The notes: generated by a model not told the origin, from the letters alone. DNA of 64,000 nucleotides from Capsulimonadaceae bacterium (GCA_965215505.1 OZ244065.1:4928001-4992000); one strand, 5' to 3'. Counted from the stretch's first letter, positions 38,730-48,677 are shown. Translations and numbers: made by a program.

Positions 38730-39857
38730 TTGTCCAACCCAAGCCCGAATGCTGCCCCCCCGAACATCGCCGTCGTCATCCCCGCCGGGGGCGGCGGGAC
38801 GCGCCTGTGGCCTCGCAGCCGCCGCGAGACGCCCAAGCAGTTCCTCGACATCGTCAGCGAGCGCACCATGCTCCAGGAAACCACCGATCGCGTGCAGGGG
38901 CTTGTCCCGCCCGAGCGGCTGTACGTCATCACCAACGCCCAACATGCGCCCGCCGTCCGCGCCCAGCTTGAGGGGGTCCCGCCCGGCAACGTCGTCGGCG
39001 AACCTGAAGGCCGCGATTCCGCCCCGGCCATCGGCCTGATGGCGGCCATCTTGGAAAAGACGCAGGGGCCGGAGGCGGTCATGGCGACCCTGCCCGCCGA
39101 CCACGTCATCCTGAACGAACCGCAGTTCCGGGACATCCTGCGCGCCGCCGCCGAGGTCGCCGCCGACGGCTACCTGGTCACGCTGGGCATCCCGCCGACC
39201 GGGCCGGACGTCGGCTTCGGCTACATCCAGAGCGGCGAGACGGTCCGCGAACAGACCGAGGCCGGTGTTCCCGCCTTTCTGGTCAAGCAGTTCAAGGAGA
39301 AGCCCAGCCGCGAGGTCGCCGAGCAGTACCTGCGCGACGGCGGCTACTACTGGAACGCGGGCATGTTCATCGCCTCGGTCAAGACCCTGCGCGACCTGTA
39401 CAAGACCCATCTGCCCCAGATGGAAGCGGGCTTTGCCCAAATCGTCGCCGCCCACGGGACCGACGGCTTTGAATCCACACTGGCCGCCGTCTTCCCGACA
39501 CTGGAAAAGGTTTCAGTAGACTACGGCATCGCCGAGAAGGCGGACCGCGTGGCCGTCATCCCCGCCGACATCGGCTGGAACGATGTGGGCTCCTGGGAGC
39601 GGCTGGCCGAAGTGCTGGAAACGGCGGGCAAGCACGACGCCGAAACCGGCAACGTCGTCGTCGGCCACCACATCGGCGTGGACACCCACGCCTCGCTCAT
39701 CTACAGCCCTGACCGCCTCATCGCCACCATCGGCATGGAAGACATCATCGTCATTGACACGCCCGATGCGACGCTCATCTGCCCCAAGTCGCGCTCGGAG
39801 GACGTGAAGAAGATCGTCGAGGAGTTGAAGGCGCGCGGGCGGCATCACCTTCTGTGA
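38730..39857 (+). CDS. manC: Mannose-1-phosphate guanylyltransferase
   Basis: AGGGGTRLWPRSR..PKQFL, PADH, FKEKP, WNAGMF, WNDVGSW. Confidence 0.9.
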   Translation: MSNPSPNAAPPNIAVVIPAGGGGTRLWPRSRRETPKQFLDIVSERTMLQETTDRVQGLVPPERLYVITNAQHAPAVRAQLEGVPPGNVVGEPEGRDSAPAIGLMAAILEKTQGPEAVMATLPADHVILNEPQFRDILRAAAEVAADGYLVTLGIPPTGPDVGFGYIQSGETVREQTEAGVPAFLVKQFKEKPSREVAEQYLRDGGYYWNAGMFIASVKTLRDLYKTHLPQMEAGFAQIVAAHGTDGFESTLAAVFPTLEKVSVDYGIAEKADRVAVIPADIGWNDVGSWERLAEVLETAGKHDAETGNVVVGHHIGVDTHASLIYSPDRLIATIGMEDIIVIDTPDATLICPKSRSEDVKKIVEELKARGRHHLL

Positions 39858-39891
39858 GCGGTCCCCGCCCGCGCAGGCATCGGCAAGAACC

Positions 39892-39915
39892 GTAGGGGCG
39901 CGATTCGTCGCGCCC
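39892..39915 (+). repeat. GTAG-type REP-like palindrome
   Basis: GTAG-GGGCGCGA-TTCG-TCGCGCCC in an intergenic gap. Confidence 0.65.
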
Positions 39916-39935
39916 TCCTTCCTGCCGCGCCCTCC

Positions 39936-40550
39936 TCAGCGCTTCAAGGGGTAATCAATCAGCGGAACGCCCACCGTCTGGGCAACTTGCTCGGCCAGAG
40001 ACCGCGCCGCTACCTTTGAGGCGGTGCCACTCAATACACAGCCGCTTACCAACCGGTTGGGCTTTTTTGGCACGAGCGCAACATTGTTGGTCGGTGTGAC
40101 GCACACCCCTTTGAAGTCGTCCAGGGGGCCGCTGCGCGTCTTGGGCCGCCACGGCCAACCTTCCGTTCTCTCGTAGACCCGGCGCTGCCCGTCCAGGCGG
40201 TAGTCGGCCGGCCCACCCAGATAGATAAAGAGCGCGCTCAGGCACAGAACGCTCACCGTCATCTGAGCCTTAATCAGCGTGTTTGCCAGCGTAGTCTGGT
40301 GGTTCCGGTGGCCGGCGGGTAGGCCGTAAAGTATCGGGAACAGCATCAGCATGAACACGCCAGGGACCATCAGGCTGCTCCGCCGGAGGGATCGGGGCCT
40401 GCGGAACGTCAGAACCCGCCCCTCGGCCCGCTCCAGCCAGCTCCCTTTTGACCTCGTCTCCCCTCGGACCCCGTAAACGAGCATCGTCACCGCGTAAAGC
40501 ATGAAAGTGACGAACCACCAGCCTTGCCATGAATGAAATAGTTTGGTCAT
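39936..40550 (-). CDS. Membrane hypothetical protein
   Basis: Three hydrophobic segments; extended -10 TGGTACAAT 6 nt before ATG. Confidence 0.7.
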   Translation of the reverse strand: MTKLFHSWQGWWFVTFMLYAVTMLVYGVRGETRSKGSWLERAEGRVLTFRRPRSLRRSSLMVPGVFMLMLFPILYGLPAGHRNHQTTLANTLIKAQMTVSVLCLSALFIYLGGPADYRLDGQRRVYERTEGWPWRPKTRSGPLDDFKGVCVTPTNNVALVPKKPNRLVSGCVLSGTASKVAARSLAEQVAQTVGVPLIDYPLKR

Positions 40551-40639
40551 GCCGCGATTGTACCACAGCCCAAAAGCCTGTAACAAACGCCCGTCCCGGT
40601 TGTCAATGGTCCCAAGAGAACCACTGATAAGGACGAGGA

Positions 40640-41755
40640 ATGATTGTTCCGATGGCGGACCTCCAGGCGCAGCACCGCGCGCTGAAGGACGAGTTGACGG
40701 GGGCGTTTGAGCAGGTCATGGCCGCCTGCGACTTCGGCGGGCTGGGCGAGAATACGACCAAGCTGGAGCGGGAGATCGCCCAGACGTGCGGCGCGAAGCA
40801 CGGCCTGGGCGTCAACTCGGGGACGGACGCCCTGCTGCTGTCCCTGCTGGCATTGGGCGTGGGGCCGGGCGATGAGGTCATCACCTCGCCGTTCACCTTC
40901 ATCGCCACCGGCGAGACGATCTGCCTGGCGGGCGCGACCCCGGTCTTCGCGGACATTGACCCGCACACCTTCAACCTCGACCCGGAGGCGGCCCAGGCGA
41001 AGATCACGGATCGGACCAAGGCCATCCTTCCCGTTCACCTGTTCGGCCAGATCGCCGACATGACGCGGCTGCAACAGATCGCCCGCCCGCGCGGGATCGC
41101 CCTGCTCGGGGATGCCGCCCAAGCCATCGGCGCGACCCACCAGGGGCTTCCCCTCGGGGCATGGGGGGACATCAACACCCTGTCGTTTTATCCCACCAAG
41201 AACCTCGGTGCCTGCGGCGATGGCGGCATGGTCCTGACCGACCGGGACGACCTGGCCGAGCAGATCAAACTGCTGCGCTTCCACGGGTCCGGCGGCGGCT
41301 ACTTCCACAAGCGCATCGGCTACTGCTCCCGGCTCGACGGCATGCAGGCCGCCCTGCTGCGGGTCAAGGCCCGTCGGCTGAAGGAATGGAACGAGGCCCG
41401 GCGCCATAATGCCGCCCGCTATGACACCGCCTTGTGCGGCCTGGAAGGGCCGCTTGTCCTGCCCTGCGCCGAACAGGGAAACTACCACATCTATCACCAG
41501 TACACCGTGCGCGTCCCCGAGGGACAGCGTGAGGCTCTGCAAAAGCATTTGGCATCGCGCAACGTACAGTCGGCCATCTACTACCCACTCCCGATCCACT
41601 TGCAGGAGGCTTACGCCTTTCTGGGCTACAAGTCCGGTGACCTGCCTGAAAGCGAGAGGGCGGCACGCGAAGTCCTGTCGCTGCCGGTGCATCCCGAGTT
41701 GTCCCCGGAACAGGTCGAGTACGCGGCGGAGTCGGTGCGGGCGTTTTTCGGGTAG
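40640..41755 (+). CDS. DegT/DnrJ/EryC1/StrS PLP sugar aminotransferase
   Basis: NSGTDAL, DAAQA, SFYPTKNLG motifs. Confidence 0.95.
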   Translation: MIVPMADLQAQHRALKDELTGAFEQVMAACDFGGLGENTTKLEREIAQTCGAKHGLGVNSGTDALLLSLLALGVGPGDEVITSPFTFIATGETICLAGATPVFADIDPHTFNLDPEAAQAKITDRTKAILPVHLFGQIADMTRLQQIARPRGIALLGDAAQAIGATHQGLPLGAWGDINTLSFYPTKNLGACGDGGMVLTDRDDLAEQIKLLRFHGSGGGYFHKRIGYCSRLDGMQAALLRVKARRLKEWNEARRHNAARYDTALCGLEGPLVLPCAEQGNYHIYHQYTVRVPEGQREALQKHLASRNVQSAIYYPLPIHLQEAYAFLGYKSGDLPESERAAREVLSLPVHPELSPEQVEYAAESVRAFFG

Positions 41756-41779
41756 ACTAGAGCCGAGGAGACACCCAAT

Positions 41780-42832
41780 TTGAAGGCCATGATACTTGCG
41801 GCGGGCGTCGGCTCCCGCCTGGACCCCCTGACGCGCGCGATCCCCAAGCCGATGGTGCCGGTCGTCAACCGGCCAGTCATCGAACACATCGTCCTGGACC
41901 TCAAGAAGCACGGCTTCGACGAGGTCATGGTCAACCTGCACTATCTGGGTGACGTCATCCAGCAAGGGCTGGGCGACGGCTCGCGGCTGGGCGTCCACAT
42001 CTCCTACGCGCAGGAAGACAAGCTGTGGGGCGACGCGGGCAGCGTCAAGCGCTCGCAGGCGTTCTTCGGCGACGAAACCTTCTTAGTCGTCGGCGGCGAC
42101 GACATCTCCGACATTGACCTGTCGGGCCTAATGGCCCTCCACCGGGAAAAACAGGCCGCCTCCACCATCGCCACGACCGTCGTGGACGACCCCTCGCAGT
42201 TCGGCATCGTCGTCACCGACGGGAACGGCCGCATCACGCGCTTCCTGGAAAAGCCCAAAGGCGGCGACGTGTTTTCCAACACCGCCAACACCGGCGTCTA
42301 CGTCTTCGAGCCGGACGTCTTCGAGCTGATCCCGCCGGACACCTTCTGGGGCTTCGGCAACAACGTCTTTCCCAGCCTCCTCGCCGCCGGTCGTCCCCTG
42401 TACGGCTTCGCCACGACCTCCTATTGGAAGGACGTGGGCAACCTGCAAGTCTACCGCCAGACCAACTTCGACGCCCTCGCCGGGCTGGTCCATCTGGACA
42501 TCCCCTTGCATCAGGAAGCGCCCGGCGTCTGGAAGGGCGAGAACGTCACCCTGGACCCAAGCGCCGAGATCGGCTCCCCCGTCGCCATCGGCAGCAACGT
42601 CACCATCGGGGCCGGTGCCAAGATTCTGGAAAACACCGTCATCGGCGATGGCTGCATCATTGGGGCAAACGTCACCCTCAAAGACACCATTCTGTGGGCC
42701 GGTGCGCGCGTCAGCGAAGGCACCTATCTGGAGCGCTGCGTCGTCGGCACGAACGCCCATGTCCAGTCCAATGTTGCCATCTTCGACGCCAACATCGTGG
42801 ACCCCACGCGGCGGATGACGGCGAAGACGTAA
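41780..42832 (+). CDS. NDP-sugar pyrophosphorylase (GCD1/mannose-1-P guanyltransferase family) with hexapeptide tail
   Basis: ILAAGVGSRL.PLT..PKPM, FLEKP, YWKDVG motifs. Confidence 0.9.
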   Translation: MKAMILAAGVGSRLDPLTRAIPKPMVPVVNRPVIEHIVLDLKKHGFDEVMVNLHYLGDVIQQGLGDGSRLGVHISYAQEDKLWGDAGSVKRSQAFFGDETFLVVGGDDISDIDLSGLMALHREKQAASTIATTVVDDPSQFGIVVTDGNGRITRFLEKPKGGDVFSNTANTGVYVFEPDVFELIPPDTFWGFGNNVFPSLLAAGRPLYGFATTSYWKDVGNLQVYRQTNFDALAGLVHLDIPLHQEAPGVWKGENVTLDPSAEIGSPVAIGSNVTIGAGAKILENTVIGDGCIIGANVTLKDTILWAGARVSEGTYLERCVVGTNAHVQSNVAIFDANIVDPTRRMTAKT

Positions 42833-42837
42833 GGCGG

Positions 42838-43272
42838 ATGGCTTCCACGATGAGCCAACATGATAATCAAGCAAATGATGAAGCAGATGCAGCATCATGG
42901 CCGCCCCCGCCCCAGTGTCACCCGCCTCGGCCTAGAAGAAAACCGAAGCGGAAGTTGTTGACCGGCTATGAACCTGTAGACGCTCTCGCCTGTCTTGTGG
43001 CAGGGGCGGTTCTCCCATCGCTGCTTTTCTTTGGCCTGCTGTTTCTCGGTCGTTTTGTCGTAGCCATGCCGCCACATCATCCTGCTACGGCCTTGACTGA
43101 CCTGGTTTGCTACGGGGCGTGGGGTGCCGGTGCTGCCGCAACACTTCTTGTGCCTGTGTTCTTGGTCCGCCGTTCCTGGCTGTTCGTAGTGACCTTTCTG
43201 TTCGCTGCACTACCCGTGGATGCTTGGACATTCTCGGAGGCACACTCCCTTAGTTCGGCACAGTTGATGTAG
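42838..43272 (+). CDS. Small membrane hypothetical protein (WPPPP motif, 3 TM)
   Basis: ATG 5 nt after upstream stop; hydrophobic segments. Confidence 0.6.
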   Translation: MASTMSQHDNQANDEADAASWPPPPQCHPPRPRRKPKRKLLTGYEPVDALACLVAGAVLPSLLFFGLLFLGRFVVAMPPHHPATALTDLVCYGAWGAGAAATLLVPVFLVRRSWLFVVTFLFAALPVDAWTFSEAHSLSSAQLM

Positions 43273-43290
43273 GCCAAAGGCGTAACCGTC

Positions 43291-45918
43291 ATGATACAGC
43301 ATCCCAAGCGTGTGAAGCGTGTCGCCTATTGCCTTGCTGGTGTTGTCCTCTTCTTCTGCCTCTCGCCGTCCGTGCAGGCACAAGCCGCCGCGCCGCCTAT
43401 GGGAAACACGGCTCAGGCCGCGCGGCCTGCGTACCCCCTTGCCGATGCCCTCCGCACGGCAAAACAGCCGCCCGGAAGTCTCGCGCTGGCCGTCGGCGCA
43501 CAGTCCGTCACCCTGCCGCCGGCGGCCGTCCTGGGAGCCGGGGCCACAGTGGCGGAGACTGCCGCCGCCTTCGGCCAGATCACTCAGACCTTCGGGGCTG
43601 TCGCCGCCGTCGCCCCGCCCACCGCGACCGTCCTCAACACGAAACCTGCCTTTTCCAACCTGTATGACGGGCTGGCCCCCGAGGAAGCCCTGAAGCTGCT
43701 GGCGGTGAACCTCGACGACGCCCAGTGGCAAAGCCTCGTGAGTGCCCAGGGCCTCGGCCTCGGCGACCTCTCCAATGAGGCCCAGCGCGCCCTCTTCCTG
43801 GACCTCCTGCCGCCTGAGCCGTTCCAAGTCAAGAGCATCGCGTTTGACCGGGACGAGAACGCCCCACCGCGCGCCGTCACCGGCGGCCGTGCCGATGCCC
43901 GCCTGCGCCTTGGTCAGACCGTGCAGTTCCAGCTCCCCTCGAAAGGCAACGCGGACTTTCGAGGCATCATCGTCCCCACGCCGATCCTGCCGGGGCAGCC
44001 GCCGCAGTATAGTTTCAAGGGGAACGGGGTACGGTGGTCCCCGACGCTGGACGGCATTCCCATTCGCGCCGAAGTGCCGAACGTCCTGAAAAGCGGCCAG
44101 CTCGACTACCGGCAGCCTGCGCTCCAAGTACCGGTCCCCGTGGCCGGGCTGAGGCGTGTCGGCGACTTAGTCGGCCGCGTCGGGGCGCTCGCTCACTTTG
44201 AGCTGTATGCCGACAGGCGGTACGAGGGCAGGCTCCTGACGATCACCGGCCCCGCCCTCAATGCCCCGGCGGCTGATCTGCTGCGCGCCCTCGCACTATG
44301 CCTCACAGGGACATGGCGGCGGGTCGGACAGGCGTATGTCCTGACGGACGATGTTCAAGGGGCGGGGACACGACGGCAGATCCTGGCCGACTTCCACAAA
44401 GGCGTCGAGGCTCAGCGCCGGACGCTTCTGGCCTCCGCCGGAACACGGCTCGCTTCGGCGCACGGCCTGAGTGACCTGAGCGGGTTCGGCGATCCTCTGG
44501 CCCTCAGCCCCTCCGAACGGGAGCAGGCTTCGCACACTCCCTGGGCCGCGCGCTACCATTCCTCCTTGGCGGTCGGCGTTGCGTTCGCCCGGATGACCGC
44601 CCCGCAGCAGGAGGAGGCTCGGCGCATCACCCAGGTGTTCGAGCAGGCGAACCAGGAGAACCCCAACGATGTCGCCTTCCAGTCGGACCTTGCCGGCAGC
44701 ATTCAGCTAATCGCCCGGCCCGTCCTTCAAGTCATGCTGCCCTCCCTCGATGGCCCCGTGACGCTGCCGCTCGACCTGACGGAGCTGCTTGAAGGGATCG
44801 TGCCACCCGTCATCCCCGCGCCCGCAGCGCCCGCCAAACAGGCCGCATTCGCCCTGACCCCCTGGCGGGCAGTGCTGGCCGCGCCCAAGACGACAAAAGA
44901 TGTGGACGCCCTGGTCGCGGCCATGAAGCCCCTGGGCCTGAACCAGCTCTGGCTGGCGACCTCCCCGCCATCAGACGGGCCGGACCTCGTCGCCTACGCC
45001 TTGAAGGCCACCAAGGGCACGGGCATCGGAGTCTTCCCTACGCTGGACCTGCTGACCTGGGAAACGCCCAGGGCCGCCGCTGACGCCGACCTGGACCTCC
45101 TGGACCGGACCTCCGTTCAGGACGGCGGCAAGGCCCGCACCGCCGTCAGCGCGTTCTCGCCGCGCGTCGCCTCCGACCTCGCCGCCTCGGTCCGCGCCAT
45201 GTCGGCGGAACCCGGCATCGCCGGGCTGGTCTGGCGCGAAACCGCACCCCCCGGCTACGCCCTGCCCGCCCACAGCCTGCTGCCCGACTATGACGCCCCT
45301 CCCGACCTCGGCTACACGGAACCCGCCCGCCTGGCCTTCCTGCGGCTCACCCACACTGACCCCCTGGACATCACGGACACGGACCGCCTCAACCTCGCCG
45401 AGACTGAAGACACGCGCCTGCCCGGCTTTGACGGGACGGGGGAGGACTCGGCCCTGGCGACCCAGTGGCGTCAGTTCCGGTCGGACGCCGACACGGCCCT
45501 GCTGCGCGGCCTCTACAACGTCGCAGGCACGACATCCGGCGCGGCCCGCCCGCGCATCTTCATCCACCAGCAGCGCCCCGGCCCGTCCGGGGTTGACTGG
45601 TACGGCTCCTGGGACGACCCGAAGGCCCCACTCCCGACGGCCCGCAAGTCCTGGGACGACCTCCTTCCGGGCCAGACACCCGCCCCGCCACAGGACGCCT
45701 TGACGCAGGCCCGGCGGCAGTCGCAGCTCGTCTACCTCAGCGTCCCCCTCGGCGACGCCGTGGCCGCCTCCGAGATCGCCGCCCATCTCCCAATGCCGGT
45801 GCCGGGCAAGGCATGGGACGGCGTCGTCTTCGACCTGACCGCCGCCGCGTCCGGCGTGGAACACCTGGACACGCTCAAGGCCCTCGTCGGCGTGAGCGCG
45901 GCAGATGGGAAGAAGTAA
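43291..45918 (+). CDS. Large secreted hypothetical protein (paralog of 35897-38587)
   Basis: Signal peptide ending VQA-Q; shared motifs LDD.QW..L.S..GLGL.DL, DLGYT...RLAFLR..H.DPLDIT, SWDDP. Confidence 0.8.
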   Translation: MIQHPKRVKRVAYCLAGVVLFFCLSPSVQAQAAAPPMGNTAQAARPAYPLADALRTAKQPPGSLALAVGAQSVTLPPAAVLGAGATVAETAAAFGQITQTFGAVAAVAPPTATVLNTKPAFSNLYDGLAPEEALKLLAVNLDDAQWQSLVSAQGLGLGDLSNEAQRALFLDLLPPEPFQVKSIAFDRDENAPPRAVTGGRADARLRLGQTVQFQLPSKGNADFRGIIVPTPILPGQPPQYSFKGNGVRWSPTLDGIPIRAEVPNVLKSGQLDYRQPALQVPVPVAGLRRVGDLVGRVGALAHFELYADRRYEGRLLTITGPALNAPAADLLRALALCLTGTWRRVGQAYVLTDDVQGAGTRRQILADFHKGVEAQRRTLLASAGTRLASAHGLSDLSGFGDPLALSPSEREQASHTPWAARYHSSLAVGVAFARMTAPQQEEARRITQVFEQANQENPNDVAFQSDLAGSIQLIARPVLQVMLPSLDGPVTLPLDLTELLEGIVPPVIPAPAAPAKQAAFALTPWRAVLAAPKTTKDVDALVAAMKPLGLNQLWLATSPPSDGPDLVAYALKATKGTGIGVFPTLDLLTWETPRAAADADLDLLDRTSVQDGGKARTAVSAFSPRVASDLAASVRAMSAEPGIAGLVWRETAPPGYALPAHSLLPDYDAPPDLGYTEPARLAFLRLTHTDPLDITDTDRLNLAETEDTRLPGFDGTGEDSALATQWRQFRSDADTALLRGLYNVAGTTSGAARPRIFIHQQRPGPSGVDWYGSWDDPKAPLPTARKSWDDLLPGQTPAPPQDALTQARRQSQLVYLSVPLGDAVAASEIAAHLPMPVPGKAWDGVVFDLTAAASGVEHLDTLKALVGVSAADGKK

Positions 45919-46090
45919 TAGGCAAAAGTGGTACAGATGCGGAGATTGTAGAGGCGATGGTTCTCCTCATGGACCCAGCCGGCGGCGGGAGAGCCGCGCC
46001 CGTTGCTGGGCGCGGTTGTCACTACCGGCCTCATGTACGGGTTGGGTTCGAGTCATCGGAACCGGCACAGTCATCCGGCGGCAGGAAGAT

Positions 46091-46245
46091 GCCACGGGTT
46101 GAAACCCGAGGCTGCCAAGTTCCCAGCGTCCAGGGGACGCAAGACCAGACGGTGCAAGAAAGGTTTAGAGCTTTCTGCCCTTCGGCTTCTTTCTGCCGTC
46201 CCTGGGACGGTGGGCTTTTCGGAGCCTCGGGTTTCAACCCGTGGC
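46091..46245. mobile_element. REPIN/MITE-like element with 23-bp perfect terminal inverted repeats
   Basis: GCCACGGGTTGAAACCCGAGGCT (46091-46113) and its exact complement (46223-46245); inner imperfect IR pair. Confidence 0.7.
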
Positions 46246-46260
46246 GATATGGACTGAGCC

Positions 46261-46683
46261 ATGAATCTACGCCCGATTAAAACCGAAGACGACTACAGGG
46301 CGGCACTCGCAGAGATCGAAGGCATATTTCAGGCCGGGCCGGAGACGCCCGAGGGCGACCGCCTAGATATTCTGACCCTGCTGGTGGAAGCCTACGAGGA
46401 GCAGCACTACCCGATACCGCCGCCGGACCCTCTGGGCGCTCTGGAATATCATCTGGAGAGTAGGGGCCTGACGCGGCGCGATCTTGAGCCGTACCTGGGC
46501 AGTCGGGCGCGCGTCGCCGAAGTGATGAACCGCAGGCGTGCATTGACTATAGACATGATTCGGCGGCTGCATCAAGGCTTGGGCATTTCCGCCGAGATTT
46601 TGATCCAGCCCTATCCACTCGTTAAGCCGCCGAGCAGAACGCGGCGAACGGCGGCGACAGCCGCCGCGCCAGTGGCAGGATGA
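46261..46683 (+). CDS. HigA-like HTH antitoxin / transcriptional regulator (orphan)
   Basis: IKTEDDY..AL.EI, LVEAYE..HYPI..PDP, XRE HTH RARVAEVMNRRRALT..MIRRLH. Confidence 0.9.
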   Translation: MNLRPIKTEDDYRAALAEIEGIFQAGPETPEGDRLDILTLLVEAYEEQHYPIPPPDPLGALEYHLESRGLTRRDLEPYLGSRARVAEVMNRRRALTIDMIRRLHQGLGISAEILIQPYPLVKPPSRTRRTAATAAAPVAG

Positions 46684-46766
46684 GAAACGGAACGAAAGAG
46701 CAAAGCGGCCCGGTGCAGATGCACCGGGCCGCTTCCATGTCTCCGACTACTTCCTCGCGTCGCCGA

Positions 46767-48677
46767 CTACTTCCTGACGATGTACTCGGTCTTGCTCTTG
46801 TCGAAGCCCTCCGGCTCCTTCTTGGCGTCGAAGGTCCAGCGTCCCGCGCGGGGATGGAAGGCCGAGTAACCGCTCAGGACGCTCGCCAGCAGGCGGCGCG
46901 GGGTGCGGCGGACAAAGTTCACCTCGGTCAAGAGGGTCAGGAACGAGGTGCCCTTGCGGTAGTGGTCCAGGATGCGCCGGACGATGTCGTAGGTGGAAAT
47001 CGCGGCCCCCCCTTCGACCTCATTACGGAACTCCAGCAGTTCCTCCATGCGCGGCGGCGTGACGAAGACACCGGGGTCGCTCTCGTTCTGGTCCACGAAC
47101 TTGAACTCGTCGGGCTTGTCCGTCTTCTCCAAATAGACGACCGCGCCGGACTCGGCGGCGATCTCCGCGTACAGGTCGAACAGGCCGTAGGCGAGCTGGA
47201 CATTGTGATCCACATAGACCGGGTAGCCGGTCCCCTCCGCGTCCCGCACCGTCAGCTCGACGATGTTCGGCTCGGCGGGGAAGAAGCCGGGCGGGACCTG
47301 TGCCAAGGGGAACGTTCCGATCTCCTTGTGGTAGGCCTTCAGGACAAGGCGCAGGCGCGAGGCCTCGGCCGTCGCCCCTTCCGGCCAGCGGGTCGCGCCG
47401 GCGGGTTCCTGGTCGTTGACGTCCTGGGCGACCGGGTCCAGGATTTCGTCCTGCAAGCCGTCTTCAAAGCCCTCGTCGGCCAGCATCTGGTCCAGGATCT
47501 CGCCGTCCGCCGTCTCGAAACGCGGCAGGGTGGGGAAGGTCAGGGACTCGGGCACCTGCCCGATATACAGCGGCAGCGAGTCGGGCGCGCGGAACCGGTC
47601 CGCACCGACCCACAGATACTGATCGGGGCGGGCGCGCAAATACTCGGCCAATGTCTCCGCGTCGGCGGCGAAGGTACGCGAGCCGGGCCGAATCTCGAAG
47701 ACGTGCGTGAGCAGATCGCCCACGGGGACCGTCTCTTCGCGGCCCTCGAAGTAGGAGGCAAGCTCCTCCGCGTCCTCCTCGGTGACCTCCAGCGGCTTCG
47801 CGGCGGCCTCGACGATAGGGGCGGTCTCGATGGTCGGCTCTTCCACGGGGTTCTCTGCGGCCGAGGCCGCCTGCGCCCGCCACACGGCCCGCAGAGGCTC
47901 CAAAGCCTCGCGCAGCAGCCAGCGGTGATCGGGCAGGGCCAGGAAGGTTTCCCGGTCGGTCGCCACGGCGTCATAGAGAGCCACGCCGTCGAAGTCCTCG
48001 CCCAGAGCCTTCCAGGCGAAGTACTGGATGACCCGGTTGTCCACCGGCTGGCCCTGGCTCACCGTGAGCAGGGCGAGAGTCGCTCCGGTGGGATTGTCCG
48101 CCCAGTCCAGGCCCTTGGCAGCGTTCTGGAATGGGGCCAACTTCTCCGCGCTGAGGTAGTTGTAGAACAGCAGGTCCGCTTCGCGCTCCGAGGTCATATC
48201 GAGCAGCCACGACCGCAGGCCGTAGGACAGGCCGCCCGCAATGGGGAAGAACGGGGTGCCACGAAGCAGGCGCGGGGCGACCTCGGCGTAATACTCCTTG
48301 ACGCGGCCGGTGATCTGGGCAAGTTCCCCCGCCACCTCATTGATCGGGATGGGCGCCCCATACTGGGAAATCACTTCGCTCAGGATGTGTTCCAGGGGCC
48401 GGGTCTTGTCCAGGTAGCGGCTCCTGACATCCCAGCGTCGGTCTACGGCGACGAAGCGGCGCGGGTCGGCCTCCATGCGCTGCCGGGCCAGGGCGGGCGT
48501 CACGACATCGTCGCCGACCTCGCGGGCGACTTCGCCGACGCGGGCCGGCTCGCCCAGGCGGACCAGGGCGCGGTGCAGCAGGGTCGTCAAAGTCTCCTGC
48601 GCGAGCGCCTGCGTCGGGTCCGGGCCGGGGGCGGGTTTCTTGGCGGTGGTTTTCTTGTCGGTTCGGGTGGTCGCCAT
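46767..48677 (-). CDS. Hypothetical acidic protein with repeated winged-helix (RNAP-delta/HARE-HTH-like) motifs
   Basis: AAGGAG RBS, strong codon bias; five F-x(4-6)-[WYF]-x-hydrophobic wing motifs. Confidence 0.8.
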   Translation of the reverse strand: MATTRTDKKTTAKKPAPGPDPTQALAQETLTTLLHRALVRLGEPARVGEVAREVGDDVVTPALARQRMEADPRRFVAVDRRWDVRSRYLDKTRPLEHILSEVISQYGAPIPINEVAGELAQITGRVKEYYAEVAPRLLRGTPFFPIAGGLSYGLRSWLLDMTSEREADLLFYNYLSAEKLAPFQNAAKGLDWADNPTGATLALLTVSQGQPVDNRVIQYFAWKALGEDFDGVALYDAVATDRETFLALPDHRWLLREALEPLRAVWRAQAASAAENPVEEPTIETAPIVEAAAKPLEVTEEDAEELASYFEGREETVPVGDLLTHVFEIRPGSRTFAADAETLAEYLRARPDQYLWVGADRFRAPDSLPLYIGQVPESLTFPTLPRFETADGEILDQMLADEGFEDGLQDEILDPVAQDVNDQEPAGATRWPEGATAEASRLRLVLKAYHKEIGTFPLAQVPPGFFPAEPNIVELTVRDAEGTGYPVYVDHNVQLAYGLFDLYAEIAAESGAVVYLEKTDKPDEFKFVDQNESDPGVFVTPPRMEELLEFRNEVEGGAAISTYDIVRRILDHYRKGTSFLTLLTEVNFVRRTPRRLLASVLSGYSAFHPRAGRWTFDAKKEPEGFDKSKTEYIVRK

